From positions 49,060 through 113,059 of the forward strand of contig CAYZAV010000001.1 in the NCBI GenBank assembly GCA_964475855.1: DNA of 64,000 bases, given 5' to 3'. Numbering within the stretch: position 1 is the first letter of the stretch; every line of letters begins with the position of its first letter. The position numbers and the translations under genes are program-made. Positions 18,201 to 27,282 of this stretch are shown here, piece by piece. The notes beneath the pieces were generated by a model, which did not search any database, was not told where the DNA came from, and saw nothing but the letters and a program-made list of their open reading frames with translations. The stretch is from an uncultured Candidatus Saccharibacteria bacterium. GTDB taxonomy: Bacteria > Patescibacteriota > Minisyncoccia > Minisyncoccales > Staskawiczbacteraceae.

Positions 18201-20173
18201 TGCCAATTTGCAGCACCTTGGGCCTGCCAACGGAACAGATAACTATCAATGCCCGAAGGCGAAACAGTGCCAAGCGGATCGGTTATGGAAAAGTCCACGG
18301 TGAAAGCCAAGCTTTTTTGTATTGCGTCAACCGTAAAAATCACTTCTGGGGCCAACGTGTCGCTTGGCGGCCTTACCAACACTTCAGAGGGTTTCACATT
18401 TTTAGCGCCGGGGCTGGCAATATTAGCCTCAAAATCATTGATATTCTTATCGCCATCCTGCTCTTTGCCGTCAACCACTTTTCTACCAATGCTCTGGCCT
18501 GCCACAGGGGCTAATGCAGGGGAAAACTCATAATCTTGCGCATCGCCCCACCCCACCTTGTCTGCAATTTGGCCATTAGGATTTTTGAGCACCAGCGAAT
18601 TATCTGCGGTTAATGCACTATCAACCAGCACATTGGCCAGGGGCACATACGGCGAGGTGGCACGGGCAATGACAAAATATCCTCCGCTGCCGATTTTTTT
18701 ACCACTAAACAGCGTATTGGCAGCGTAACTACTGTAACTTGCGCCCGTTTTTGTTTTGCGCTGCACATACCAGCCCGTCAGGTCAACATCAATTTCATTG
18801 GGGTTATACAGTTCTACAAATTCATATTTGGAGTCGGTTATGCCCTCAATTTGCACTTCGGAAATCCACACCGGCAAGTATATTGTGCCCGCACCCGGAG
18901 CCTGCTGTTGTGACGCCAACGCTAGCGTTTGGGGCGCCACTGTTTCAGGAATACTTTCTTGTGTTAATTTGGCCACCGCTGGCGTTACAAAAACTTCGTT
19001 TTGTACCGGAGTATCAGAAAGCACAGTAATCTGTCCCCGCAAAAAATCAATGCGCTCCAGCAAATCATCAATCTGGTCTTGCAAGCTTGGCTCAGTAGCT
19101 AGTTCTTCTTGCGGTTGGTCATTTTCAGGCGTAACAACGGATTCCTGTTGCCCGGCAGTATCAGTTGAAACCGCCAAAGAGGGCTCGGTAGCCAGCGAAG
19201 CTACAAATAAATTAGGGGTAGATACCGCTTTGACCGCCCGATAAATTACTGCCACACTGTCAGCCGTTTTTGATGCCACATACTTAGTAGCAGCCACGGC
19301 TGTCTGGGTCACCGCCGCCAAGGCATTTGAGGTAGCATCCCCCACTATAAACGCCACGCCCTGCAGGCGATAGGCAAGTCCCATTTTTGGTGCAATAAAA
19401 CAGCCGTCGGAAACCAACGGCACTTCTTTACTAAACAACGATCCCAAAGCTTCTTGCACATCCCCAACAATTCTATCGGGGGCCTTGGCTAAATACACCC
19501 TGCTAAACCCATGTCCGCCCAGAGGCTTTGCCTGCTCTTCGTCTGAAAGCTCAAGGTCAATATTTGGCGCCAGGGGCCGGCGGGCGTTTCCAACTTTTGT
19601 CAGATCTGCCACCAGAGAACTAATCATTTTATCGCTACTACTGGTCAGATAATTCCCATTCCCCGCCACTCTGTCGGCCGGAGTGGCCACGTTATACACT
19701 CCGATTGATTCAGTCGGCACCCCATGACTTATTAGATACTCATAGGCCGCATTCGTGTAAAACGTTCCTTGAGAATGTCCTACCAGTAACACTTTGCGCG
19801 TCTGTAGCTGTTCGTGTACCTGGGATAATAACGTTGTTAGGTCATAATCCACCCAAGCGCCGTTATAGCCCTGCAACACAGCTTTTAGCATGTCACCCAC
19901 GCCCCCAAGGTGGGTAGAGTTGTAGCCGAGGAGGAATTTGATGTCATCCCTGTTGCCTTTTTCTAAAAATTGACGTTCTAAATCTATTACACTCGTACGG
20001 GCATCTGTTTCTTTTGTAAAAATACCATTAACAAAAATAACCGTCGTACCAATCGCATCGCAATCACTAGCATTAGAAAATGTGCTTGTAGGTATGAAAA
20101 TTAATCCGAGAAAAATTATAATCGAAAATATCTTCTTCACACTAATTTGGTAATAAAGACGCGGCGATATCAC
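15290..20173 (-). CDS. giant (1627 aa) secreted multidomain protein: N-terminal alpha/beta-hydrolase (lipase-like GHSQG), lamin-tail (LTD) domains, FN3-like domains and parallel beta-helix repeats
   Basis: Signal peptide MISPRLYYQISVKKIFSIIIFLGLIFIPTSTFSNA. VLLVGHSQGTFY nucleophile elbow. Three LTD-like blocks (VELYNPNEIDVDLTGWYV, VEMYNPNDVAVDLSGWSI, IELYNRSDQDIDLAGYNI). Repeated NS..ENN..G beta-helix units. Confidence 0.8.
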   Translation of the reverse strand: MISPRLYYQISVKKIFSIIIFLGLIFIPTSTFSNASDCDAIGTTVIFVNGIFTKETDARTSVIDLERQFLEKGNRDDIKFLLGYNSTHLGGVGDMLKAVLQGYNGAWVDYDLTTLLSQVHEQLQTRKVLLVGHSQGTFYTNAAYEYLISHGVPTESIGVYNVATPADRVAGNGNYLTSSSDKMISSLVADLTKVGNARRPLAPNIDLELSDEEQAKPLGGHGFSRVYLAKAPDRIVGDVQEALGSLFSKEVPLVSDGCFIAPKMGLAYRLQGVAFIVGDATSNALAAVTQTAVAATKYVASKTADSVAVIYRAVKAVSTPNLFVASLATEPSLAVSTDTAGQQESVVTPENDQPQEELATEPSLQDQIDDLLERIDFLRGQITVLSDTPVQNEVFVTPAVAKLTQESIPETVAPQTLALASQQQAPGAGTIYLPVWISEVQIEGITDSKYEFVELYNPNEIDVDLTGWYVQRKTKTGASYSSYAANTLFSGKKIGSGGYFVIARATSPYVPLANVLVDSALTADNSLVLKNPNGQIADKVGWGDAQDYEFSPALAPVAGQSIGRKVVDGKEQDGDKNINDFEANIASPGAKNVKPSEVLVRPPSDTLAPEVIFTVDAIQKSLAFTVDFSITDPLGTVSPSGIDSYLFRWQAQGAANWQEDAWVSVDGAPTTATIQKSITGIDETTYYFQVKTKDLANNESDWQPEILAQTKISTPKKIIINEIQIDSINGSGGTADDWVEMYNPNDVAVDLSGWSIQKHSAAETCSITTSYFKKNFEDGDSIGAHGFFLVANSGATTAITDIADMTTGWSLSDNNTIYLVSSHDEIAGADDANIVDHVGFGTGCFPETASAPAIADGKSIERKKLGQDTDNNAADFKISDEPTPKGTFPKTIINNTTNFTDNMSGAYWHNLTLKWQGSAMNIDFYQVQYRINEGVWTDWLANTTNTTGIFQAPYSLLNNNVYYFRVRAKDLDGNMGDWSPEISVDTVNPLLISEVAFTGTGDSEEQWIELYNRSDQDIDLAGYNIVSGENGRDTMNITLNGTIAAHGYFMVGNFGENQVIGKHYLYLRAPNNRYLDEFHPVNSDWDEAFFTKDGVHYSAERVSMYSFGVFDKNWKLGTGTPGAQNSNDQLYTYYTTSFVENTVLPVSLSPFVFRENVHISKDVTVLIEPGTVVKFYDNQARLIVDGTLDAEGTETENIVFTSFTDDEFGGDTNQDADATAPAPGNWLSLYFSNTSVNSVLEHVRLRYGGSTALNDFGNALWVDHSSVSLKNSILENNKNRALILMVSDSIIDNVQFLNHNVTDFLDQNQARAIYIQGGSPEIKNSRIENSTSGMYITYYYDALTDSVIEALPTVTNNQFVKNSEPVFLGEHSYPSFSGNELSENNINAITFFPRIVKNMELGADMPYYIKSVVTVPENVTLTILPGAKINFSGTFSGLRIDGTLKAIGTPDNQIYFQTYYFDAYTEGPGKWLGLRFTGTSVDSELENVVVSGAGAYWGNPQNFDFYSGIKVEHSAISLRSAVFENNANTGLWLVDSSSIIDGAVFENHQITSIYGLFAEAKGIYVQGGAPEIKNSQFTDNWYGIFIDDPQQDDGTVITATPVMENNQFSGNIREDVHYVHQPVVTSP

Positions 20174-20756
20174 ACCTAGTACCAGTATCCACTAAATAAG
20201 TTTTAAGATATTTTTCTGCGTTTGTTTCCCATTTTTTAATTCTTAAATCAGTATTTAGAAAAATTTTATCTATATTTTTAGGTGCCTCAGCGTTTTTCGT
20301 ATTTTGCACTATACAAAGAGATCCATTATCTTCTTTAATAATCGTCGCAATATATACATCCGAATTAAACACTTGCGTCAACTCAAGCTGTAAAGCCTGT
20401 GCATACTGCAGCATGGCCGCGCGAACTCGTGCCGAATCCGGGTATTGTTCAAAAATGGACAGCTCCACATCGTCGCGCACTAAGTTATTATTGGCATCAA
20501 TACCAGCAATAGTGGAATCGCTCAAAGCTTGGTCCGGCTTTGGGGGCAAATTCTTACCCATCACGTCATCCATCGTAATCTTCGTGGCGTTTATACTCTC
20601 AATTGCTTTTTGCGTGCGCATGTCTTCATATTTACTCCAAGCAAATCCTGCCGCGCCCAGTATCAAAGCCACCGCCACTATCCAAATCCCAATCTTTACC
20701 AAGGTATTCATAGTTATATCTGTTAAAAAATAAACCAATGGCGTATGGTTACGCAT
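20142..20756 (-). CDS. membrane-anchored hypothetical protein
   Basis: ORF with TM helix IGIWIVAVALILGAAGFAW. The internal ATG at 20711 (MNTLVK) is a more likely start, because the 20756 start lies inside a hairpin. Confidence 0.45.
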   Translation of the reverse strand: MRNHTPLVYFLTDITMNTLVKIGIWIVAVALILGAAGFAWSKYEDMRTQKAIESINATKITMDDVMGKNLPPKPDQALSDSTIAGIDANNNLVRDDVELSIFEQYPDSARVRAAMLQYAQALQLELTQVFNSDVYIATIIKEDNGSLCIVQNTKNAEAPKNIDKIFLNTDLRIKKWETNAEKYLKTYLVDTGTRCDIAASLLPN

Positions 20757-20901
20757 TGGTCCAATGACTTATCTTAAGTATAGTGTTATTCCGGCATAAT
20801 TGCACCACCCCCTGTGTATAACTTTACAATTTATTGACAAATCCCTATTTTAATATACTATAGAAAAAGCATTGCACCTTACCATTTATGGAGAATCTGT
20901 T

Positions 20902-21204
20902 ATGGCAACCCAAAAGTTGCTCATCCGGCCTGACGCGTCTATGGACGAATCTTCCTATGATTACAACAAGGCGCTACTGGAAAAACTGATCCAATTGGTT
21001 ACCGAAAACCGGGTACACCAAAAAGGCACTCTCCTGCTCACCCCTCTGGCAGGCGCAATTTGCCAAAAGTTGAGTGTCAAAACCGCCATCAAGTATCCTG
21101 AGAGATACGACCACTACGAAATGTCCCAGTTTGTGGCAAACGTCAAAGAATTCCTGGCCATCTTTGAAAGCAGAAGCAGCACCGCCGAAAGCTGGGACCG
21201 CTAG
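20902..21204 (+). CDS. small hypothetical protein (~100 aa)
   Basis: ATG at 20902 preceded by a GGAGA SD. A TTGACA / TACTAT-like promoter lies at ~20835..20865. Followed by a terminator. Confidence 0.4.
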   Translation: MATQKLLIRPDASMDESSYDYNKALLEKLIQLVTENRVHQKGTLLLTPLAGAICQKLSVKTAIKYPERYDHYEMSQFVANVKEFLAIFESRSSTAESWDR

Positions 21205-21235
21205 TCGCCAAAATCCTGCCTACTGGCAGGCAGCA

Positions 21236-21270
21236 AAAACCCCGCACCACATGGTGTCGGGGTCTTTTTT
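21236..21270. terminator. bidirectional rho-independent terminator
   Basis: A5-CCCCGCACC-acat-GGTGTCGGGG-T7. Serves the + gene at 20902..21204 and clpB on the minus strand. Confidence 0.7.
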
Positions 21271-21282
21271 TGCACAGAATCC

Positions 21283-23988
21283 TTATTTCCTTGCCGAAAC
21301 CTTCTCGCGCATTGGCGTTGGCGCCAGTAATTTTGGCAATTCAAAGGTTATTTTTCCGTCTTTTTCATCAATCAGCACCCGGCTGCCGGCGTCGATTTCG
21401 CTGGTTACAATCTTAATGCTTAACGGGTCTAAAATCAGCCTCTGAATAACACGCTTTAATGGCCGCGCGCCCAAATTAGCATCAAACCCTTCGCGCAGCA
21501 ATAATGCCTTGGCCCGGGCGGAAACGGCAATGCTGATCTCCTTGGCAGCCAACCGCTTTTCCACCTTTGCCATTTCCAGATCAACAATGCCCGTAATTTG
21601 CAGTTCTTTTAAGTGGTTGAAAATCACAATTTCATCAATCCTATTCAAAAATTCCGGCCGGAATTGGTGTTTCAAAGAATCTTCAATTTTATCTTTCATA
21701 CTTTCGCGTTGGGCAGTATCGTGCGCATTAGAGAAACCAATAGATGACATTTTATTAATAAAGTCACTGCCGACGTTCGAAGTCATGATAATAATGGTAT
21801 TTTTAAACGAAACCAGCCTGCCTTTGCTGTCCGTCAAACGGCCGTCTTCAAAAATTTGCAGCAAAATGTTAAACACTTCCGGGTGCGCTTTTTCAATTTC
21901 GTCCAGCAGAATAACCGCATATGGCCTGCGCCGCACTTTTTCAGTCAGTTGGCCGGCTTCTTCGTAGCCCACATAGCCCGGCGGCGAACCGATAATTTTG
22001 GAAACGGTATGGCGTTCCATATATTCGGACATATCCAGGCGAATCATGGCCTTTTCATCGTCAAACAAAAATTCAGCCAACGCCCGGGCCGTCTCTGTTT
22101 TTCCAACTCCCGTCGGCCCCAAAAACAAGAAACTTCCCATTGGTTTGTTCTCCTCAGAAATGCCCGCCCGCGCCCTGCGGATGGCCCGTGAAATAGCACT
22201 AATAGCCTCCTCTTGTCCCACCACCCGACGATTGAGTGTCGCCTCCATGGTTTCCAATTTTTTGGCTTCTTCGGTAATCAAACGCATAACCGGAATGCCT
22301 GTCCACCGGCTGACCACCCGCGCCACATCTTCTTCTGTCACTTCTTCTTTTAAAAAGTGGTGGGTTTTTTGCAATTTTACCAATTTTTGCTCAATTTGTT
22401 TTTGCTCTTTTAATAGCAGTGGGATCTTGCCATATTTTATCTCGGCTACCGCTTCCAAATCGGCCTCACGTTGGGCTATTTCGGTCTGGTAAGACAATTT
22501 ATCAATATCCACGCGAATTTTCTTGATTTTATTAATCAATTCTTTTTCCGCGTTCCATTTGGCTGAAATTTCCTTGCTTTTTTCCTTGATTTCAGACAAT
22601 TCTTTGGCAATGACTTTAAGACGCCGCTCGGAATCCTTTTCTTTTTTCAACGCTTGTTTTTCAATTTCCAGCTTGGTAATTTCTTCTTCATATTTTTCCA
22701 GATCCTGAGGCTCTGACTCAATCTCAAGACGCAGGGCGCTGGCCGCTTCGTCCATCAAGTCCACTGCCTTGTCAGGCAAAAACCGGTCGGCAATATACCG
22801 GCTGGAAAGTTCCACCGCAGCTTTAATGGCCGAATCTTTAATGCGCACCCCGTGATGCACTTCATATTTTTCCTTGATACCACGTAAAATGGCAACCGCA
22901 TCATCCACACTAGGTTCCTGCACAAAAATCGGCTGGAAACGGCGTTCCAGGGCCGGGTCTTTTTCAATATGTTTTTGGTATTCTTTAAGCGTAGTTGCCC
23001 CGACTGCCCGAAGCTCCCCGCGCGCCAAGGCCGGTTTTAACAAATTAGAAGCATCAATAGCCCCTTCGGCAGCTCCCGCGCCCACCAAGGTATGTAATTC
23101 GTCAATGAATAAAATGTATTTATTAGAGGCCCGGCTGATTTCTTTCAGCAACGCTTTTATGCGTGTTTCAAATTCACCCCGGTATTTGGTGCCGGCAATC
23201 AGCGCGCCCAAATCAAGCGAAATCACTTCTTTATTTTTTAAAAATTCAGGCACGTTGCCCCGGGCGACCCGCTGGGCAAATCCTTCCATAATAGCCGTTT
23301 TACCTACGCCAGCATCCCCGATTAAAACCGGGTTATTTTTGGTCCGGCGTGAAATAATTTGCATCAAGCGGCGAATTTCGTTATCGCGCCCGATAATGGG
23401 ATCAATTTTCCCGGCAGCCGCCAAATCGGTCAAGTTCCGGGTATATTTTTCAATCACCTGGTACTTGCTTTCGGGTTCCGGGTCGGTAATGCGTTGCCCA
23501 CCGCGGATCTGTGAAAGCACTTTTAGCACCGTCTCATATTCTAATTTGGTTGATTTATACGTTCCCGCCGTTGCCCCCGCGCCCATAAAGCTCGTTTTTT
23601 CCAACACATCCTTGGCCATGGATTTTTGATCAAGCAGAGCCAACAACAGATGTTCAACAGAAATAAATTCGTCACCCATATGCACACTCTCCTGGCGCGC
23701 ACGGTCAAGTACCTTGGCCATGTCCTGGGTCAGATAAAACTGGCCAAAGGTGGTAGAAGTTGTCCCCGCCGAAATTTTATTGATCTGGGTATCCGTGCGC
23801 TTTTTAATCGTATCCACATCCACCCCCATTTTTTGCAGCACCGTCAACACCACCGAGCCTTCCTGGCTAAGTAGCGCGTACAACAAATGTAGTGCGTCAA
23901 TTTGTTGCTGGCCGCGATCCTGGGCCATGGTTTGGGCCGACAAAATGGCATCCTGGGCTTTATTAGTAAAATTAGCTCCGTTGTTCAT
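21283..23988 (-). CDS. clpB: ATP-dependent chaperone ClpB (AAA+ disaggregase)
   Basis: 901 aa. Clp_N repeats, two Walker A sites (GDAGVGKT, GPTGVGKT), a long coiled-coil M domain between the AAA modules, and a sensor motif. Confidence 0.95.
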   Translation of the reverse strand: MNNGANFTNKAQDAILSAQTMAQDRGQQQIDALHLLYALLSQEGSVVLTVLQKMGVDVDTIKKRTDTQINKISAGTTSTTFGQFYLTQDMAKVLDRARQESVHMGDEFISVEHLLLALLDQKSMAKDVLEKTSFMGAGATAGTYKSTKLEYETVLKVLSQIRGGQRITDPEPESKYQVIEKYTRNLTDLAAAGKIDPIIGRDNEIRRLMQIISRRTKNNPVLIGDAGVGKTAIMEGFAQRVARGNVPEFLKNKEVISLDLGALIAGTKYRGEFETRIKALLKEISRASNKYILFIDELHTLVGAGAAEGAIDASNLLKPALARGELRAVGATTLKEYQKHIEKDPALERRFQPIFVQEPSVDDAVAILRGIKEKYEVHHGVRIKDSAIKAAVELSSRYIADRFLPDKAVDLMDEAASALRLEIESEPQDLEKYEEEITKLEIEKQALKKEKDSERRLKVIAKELSEIKEKSKEISAKWNAEKELINKIKKIRVDIDKLSYQTEIAQREADLEAVAEIKYGKIPLLLKEQKQIEQKLVKLQKTHHFLKEEVTEEDVARVVSRWTGIPVMRLITEEAKKLETMEATLNRRVVGQEEAISAISRAIRRARAGISEENKPMGSFLFLGPTGVGKTETARALAEFLFDDEKAMIRLDMSEYMERHTVSKIIGSPPGYVGYEEAGQLTEKVRRRPYAVILLDEIEKAHPEVFNILLQIFEDGRLTDSKGRLVSFKNTIIIMTSNVGSDFINKMSSIGFSNAHDTAQRESMKDKIEDSLKHQFRPEFLNRIDEIVIFNHLKELQITGIVDLEMAKVEKRLAAKEISIAVSARAKALLLREGFDANLGARPLKRVIQRLILDPLSIKIVTSEIDAGSRVLIDEKDGKITFELPKLLAPTPMREKVSARK

Positions 23989-24028
23989 ATGTATGAGTAA
24001 AAAATTTCTATATATCCATTGTAAATAA

Positions 24029-24055
24029 TTAGCAAACCCATGTCAAGAGTGCTAA
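24029..24055. promoter_or_regulatory. CIRCE-like HrcA operator upstream of clpB, overlapping its promoter
   Basis: TTAGCAAAC-N9-GAGTGCTAA versus consensus TTAGCACTC-N9-GAGTGCTAA. Minus-strand TTGACA (24041..24046) and TACAAT (24018..24023) with a 17-nt spacer overlap it. Confidence 0.65.
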
Positions 24056-24065
24056 CCAGTAAGAC

Positions 24066-24095
24066 TTGACATATTTACTTGTAAGATGGTATAAT
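24066..24095 (+). promoter_or_regulatory. consensus sigma70 promoter for the divergent small gene
   Basis: TTGACA (24066..24071), 18-nt spacer, TATAAT (24090..24095). AAGGAG SD at 24154..24159. Confidence 0.5.
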
Positions 24096-24166
24096 TAACT
24101 ATGGGGGTGTATTGGTTACCTCCCCCCAGTAAGATGGCCTTTTTACAAGGAATAAGGAGATGAAAA

Positions 24167-24457
24167 GTGAGTCAGAATGATTTTGCACAAATTGCAACCC
24201 TGCTGGCAGCATTGACTATCGCGGTGTATGGCTTCCTGCTAGTGGCGGGCGCGCCATTCCAAAAAAGCCCGGATTGGGCAAACCAGTACGCAAACTGGCT
24301 TTTCAAAAAAGTGGTTTGGCTGGCGGGCTGGTTAATCACCCTGCCATTTCGAATTATTTTTGCAAGCCTGGAATGGGGTTTCAAAAAAACGTTCGGGGGC
24401 ACGGCGCCACCAAAAAAGAAAAAGAAGAAATCAAAAAAAGGAAACTGGCTCTGGTAG
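24167..24457 (+). CDS. small membrane protein with C-terminal poly-lysine tail (GTG start)
   Basis: GTG start 7 nt after AAGGAG. Two TM helices. C-terminus PPKKKKKKSKKGNWLW is encoded by an A-rich tract. Confidence 0.45.
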   Translation: MSQNDFAQIATLLAALTIAVYGFLLVAGAPFQKSPDWANQYANWLFKKVVWLAGWLITLPFRIIFASLEWGFKKTFGGTAPPKKKKKKSKKGNWLW

Positions 24458-24470
24458 CCGGCAACCAAAA

Positions 24471-24497
24471 GGCGGATACAGTGTATCCGCCTTTTTT
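24471..24497 (+). terminator. rho-independent terminator
   Basis: GGCGGATAC-agtg-TATCCGCC followed by TTTTTTATTTT. Overlaps the stop of the convergent hydrolase gene. Confidence 0.65.
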
Positions 24498-25236
24498 ATT
24501 TTATAAATTTTTTGATTTCTTTATAAAACAGTGGATCGGAAAAGAACGAAGAGCCGAAATGGCCGCCTCTTTTATATAATAATAATTTTGCCCCGGTTTC
24601 TTTTGAAAATATTTCAGCAGGACGGTAATATACCGATGCATCATCTTTGGCTTGGAAGATAAGTATTTTTTCCCCGTTGATTTTTTTTGCCTCCCGGATG
24701 GGATTGTAAAAATTCCCCGTTTTTAATTTATCCCAGTTTTTTTGTTTCATGCGATATCCATTGCCATACGCCTTTGGGATATATTTTCCTAGCCAATCCA
24801 GTGGCTCATCCTTGCTTGGAGCCTGCCAGTCAATAACCGGCGAGAGTGTAACCGTTTTGGTAACCCGCTTGTCATTGGAATTAAGCAGCGCGGCGGGGCC
24901 GCCAAAACTTGAGCCAAACAAATAAAGCTCCTTAGGCTGTATTTTGTATGATTTGCCACTTTGCAAGTCTTTAAATCCTTTGGGCAATTGGTTAATAATA
25001 TCTAAAGCGTCTTTTGTCGGAGAATATTGCAAAAAAGAACCGCCACTTTCCCAGCTGCCCCGATAGCGAGGATGAAACACCCAAAATCCTTTTTTTGCGT
25101 AAAATTCCAGTGTGGCAGGAATTTTTGGCATAGAGGGCATGCCGCTCAAAAATAAAATCACCTTGGCCGATGGACGGGCCGGGGGTAAAAATTCAGCAAC
25201 AATATCTTTTGCAAAACGGGTACGCAAGGGTTTCAT
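24496..25236 (-). CDS. alpha/beta-fold hydrolase (esterase/dienelactone-hydrolase-like)
   Basis: GxSxG nucleophile elbow FGSSFGG. Start moved to the ATG at 25234..25236 (MKPLRTRF) to avoid overlap with the island gene. Confidence 0.7.
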   Translation of the reverse strand: MKPLRTRFAKDIVAEFLPPARPSAKVILFLSGMPSMPKIPATLEFYAKKGFWVFHPRYRGSWESGGSFLQYSPTKDALDIINQLPKGFKDLQSGKSYKIQPKELYLFGSSFGGPAALLNSNDKRVTKTVTLSPVIDWQAPSKDEPLDWLGKYIPKAYGNGYRMKQKNWDKLKTGNFYNPIREAKKINGEKILIFQAKDDASVYYRPAEIFSKETGAKLLLYKRGGHFGSSFFSDPLFYKEIKKFIK

Positions 25237-25263
25237 GCCATTTATCCTATACCATAAATACTT

Positions 25264-25296
25264 TAAAAAAAAGGGCGCAGACGTTATGTCTGCGCC
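25264..25296 (-). terminator. rho-independent terminator of the high-GC 479-aa gene
   Basis: Minus strand: GGCGCAGAC-ataac-GTCTGCGCC followed by T8. Confidence 0.7.
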
Positions 25297-25313
25297 TTTC
25301 GCATTGATGCATT

Positions 25314-26753
25314 TTAGCAAATACGCGTGGAAAGCCAGTTGTATTTTGCGTGATCGCAAAACTTGAGGTTTTCATCATACTGGCTATTGAGGCCAGAGTT
25401 CCACCGAAGTGGCGGATAGACATGAAGTTTCATGTTTTGCAAGCCGAAAAAATCACGCAGCAAGAGGAAAAGTTCTTCGTTGCGAACGCGATGCATCCGG
25501 GCATCGGTGCCATCGGTCAAATATTGATGCATGTACCGGCCACTGAGTTCATAGGAAACGCTCTGTTTGCGTGCCATGGTTTCAATGACAATGTAAGCAT
25601 GCGAATCAATGACCAATCGGTGCCGGCGGGGCAAGTGGTAGGCAGGATCCGCCTGAACCATTTGCAGCTCTAAGAATGTTTGGATGATGTTATCAACCAC
25701 CTCAGAACGGGGAAAGTAGCCGTGCCCGCCATAGTTAAGAAGCGTATCAGAAACGCCGATATGCCGATGAGTCAGGCCACACTCATCAATGAGGCGATAG
25801 AAACGTCCGGGTTGATTGGCAACCATCACTTCCAAAATTCCACGTAACTTTTCTTTGCCTACGGCCTGCAACAGGTAATCGGAATCAAGTTGGATCGCCG
25901 GGAACAATGTCCGTGTCGCATGGACATGGAAATTGAAAGGCGAAGCACAACGGAGCGCCAAATCTTGCCACATTCCCAGCTGGTCAGAGTGGCGAACGGC
26001 CTCGTTCCAGGGACAGCAAGGTCCCCACATTTCGGGGTTATGGCCAATCTCAAGACCGTTAAACTGACAGATATCGGGTCCGCCATCGTGCTTGAATTCG
26101 TGGATGGTCATAGGCATTCCCACAACTGCCGGGATGATGGTGGAATGGCGCTTGTGCCATTCACCCACATGCGTCGAGCGCCGACAGCCACGTTCAATCA
26201 GTTCCTCCAATTTGGGAGCGGGATCTTCCAAGCTACCATCGATCACCTCGAAACAGAACTTTTCATAGATACCTCGTTTTGTCTTACCCCAGGGTTTGCG
26301 GAAGAATTGGTTTTTGCGGTCATACCAGTCTTCCCCATGGACAATCCATGTTCCCGTGACTTGGGAAGCAAGTGAACCCAATCGCTGTAAGGAAATTTTC
26401 TCTCCCACATGCAAGACCATGTTGCCATTGACCGGCTGCATGGAACACCCATCCCCACTCACATTTTCCAAAAAGAGGGTTTCGGGCATAGAACCGTTCA
26501 AAAGGCCAATCATGGCGATGATGGGAAATTCCTGATCACCAAATTTGATCACCCCACGCTTTGTTTGCATGCCAGCTTCGTTTTCCCACGTATCGGGGAA
26601 AATACGGCTGATGCGAGATCCTTCGGCCTGTTTGGCGATTTCCCGCAGAAGCAGGGTGGCATTTCCCTCGATCGCACGAGTGGCAATGGCGCTGACAATT
26701 TGCTTGCCAGGCGTAATGCTTTTTCCCGAAGTGAGATTACTGAGCGTAGTCAT
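25314..26753 (-). CDS. hypothetical 479-aa enzyme-like protein in a high-GC island (family not recognised)
   Basis: Long ORF. ATG at 26751..26753 (MTTLSNLTSGKS) preceded by an AGGAGA SD. A hand count of a 100-nt stretch gave 58 G+C, against roughly 40-48 in neighbouring genes. His/Trp/Cys-rich blocks (HVGEWHKRH, KHDGGPDICQ, GPCCPWNEAVRHSD). Confidence 0.6.
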   Translation of the reverse strand: MTTLSNLTSGKSITPGKQIVSAIATRAIEGNATLLLREIAKQAEGSRISRIFPDTWENEAGMQTKRGVIKFGDQEFPIIAMIGLLNGSMPETLFLENVSGDGCSMQPVNGNMVLHVGEKISLQRLGSLASQVTGTWIVHGEDWYDRKNQFFRKPWGKTKRGIYEKFCFEVIDGSLEDPAPKLEELIERGCRRSTHVGEWHKRHSTIIPAVVGMPMTIHEFKHDGGPDICQFNGLEIGHNPEMWGPCCPWNEAVRHSDQLGMWQDLALRCASPFNFHVHATRTLFPAIQLDSDYLLQAVGKEKLRGILEVMVANQPGRFYRLIDECGLTHRHIGVSDTLLNYGGHGYFPRSEVVDNIIQTFLELQMVQADPAYHLPRRHRLVIDSHAYIVIETMARKQSVSYELSGRYMHQYLTDGTDARMHRVRNEELFLLLRDFFGLQNMKLHVYPPLRWNSGLNSQYDENLKFCDHAKYNWLSTRIC

Positions 26754-27022
26754 GACATTTCTCCTGATAGAGCGATAAAAAGAACAAAATCCATGCCTTA
26801 GTAGCAGGGATGCTATAGGTTTACACGTCCTACAGCAGACTACCACTAAAATAAAACTGACCCTTATGGGGCCAGCTGATTTCTTTTTATACTCCTAACC
26901 ACATGAAATCAACTAACCCTTGGGGTCAATCAACATCCAAAACAAGAAATAGGTTTTTTTCACTATTGATTTCATTACATCCATCCTAGCAAATAAAAAC
27001 ATTTGCTGTCAAGCACATGCAA

Positions 27023-27055
27023 GAAAAAAGAGCGAACTGTCAACAGTTTCGCTCT
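27023..27055 (-). terminator. rho-independent terminator directly after the 68-aa gene
   Basis: Minus strand: GAGCGAAAC-tgttgaca-GTTCGCTC followed by T6. Confidence 0.6.
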
Positions 27056-27075
27056 CGAGAAGCAGTAAAAATGAC

Positions 27076-27282
27076 TTACAGAAACTTCTGTGGGCCGAAT
27101 TGGCCACAGACAAGCGAGGGGGAACCGGCGCGTTCGAGCATGGATTCCCGGGAAGATTCTGCTTGGGCGGCAAGCTCCCTCATCTTTTGATGGAACTTTT
27201 TGTAGTACACGAACGGAATTCCGTCCGAATTCTGCCTGGCAAATTCTTCTGCTTGTGCGACCACCATGGCAAGATCTGACAT
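27076..27282 (-). CDS. small (68 aa) hypothetical protein, first gene of the high-GC island
   Basis: AAGGGAG SD 7 nt before the ATG. GC-rich like the downstream 479-aa gene. Has its own terminator. Confidence 0.45.
   Translation of the reverse strand: MSDLAMVVAQAEEFARQNSDGIPFVYYKKFHQKMRELAAQAESSRESMLERAGSPSLVCGQFGPQKFL

Noticed and set aside
25314-26753. Assignment of the 479-aa high-GC protein to glycoside hydrolase family 57 or another named family
   Set aside because: I could not find the GH57 conserved regions (HQP near the N-terminus, catalytic Glu/Asp blocks). Partial resemblances (KHDGG) are too weak. Left as hypothetical.
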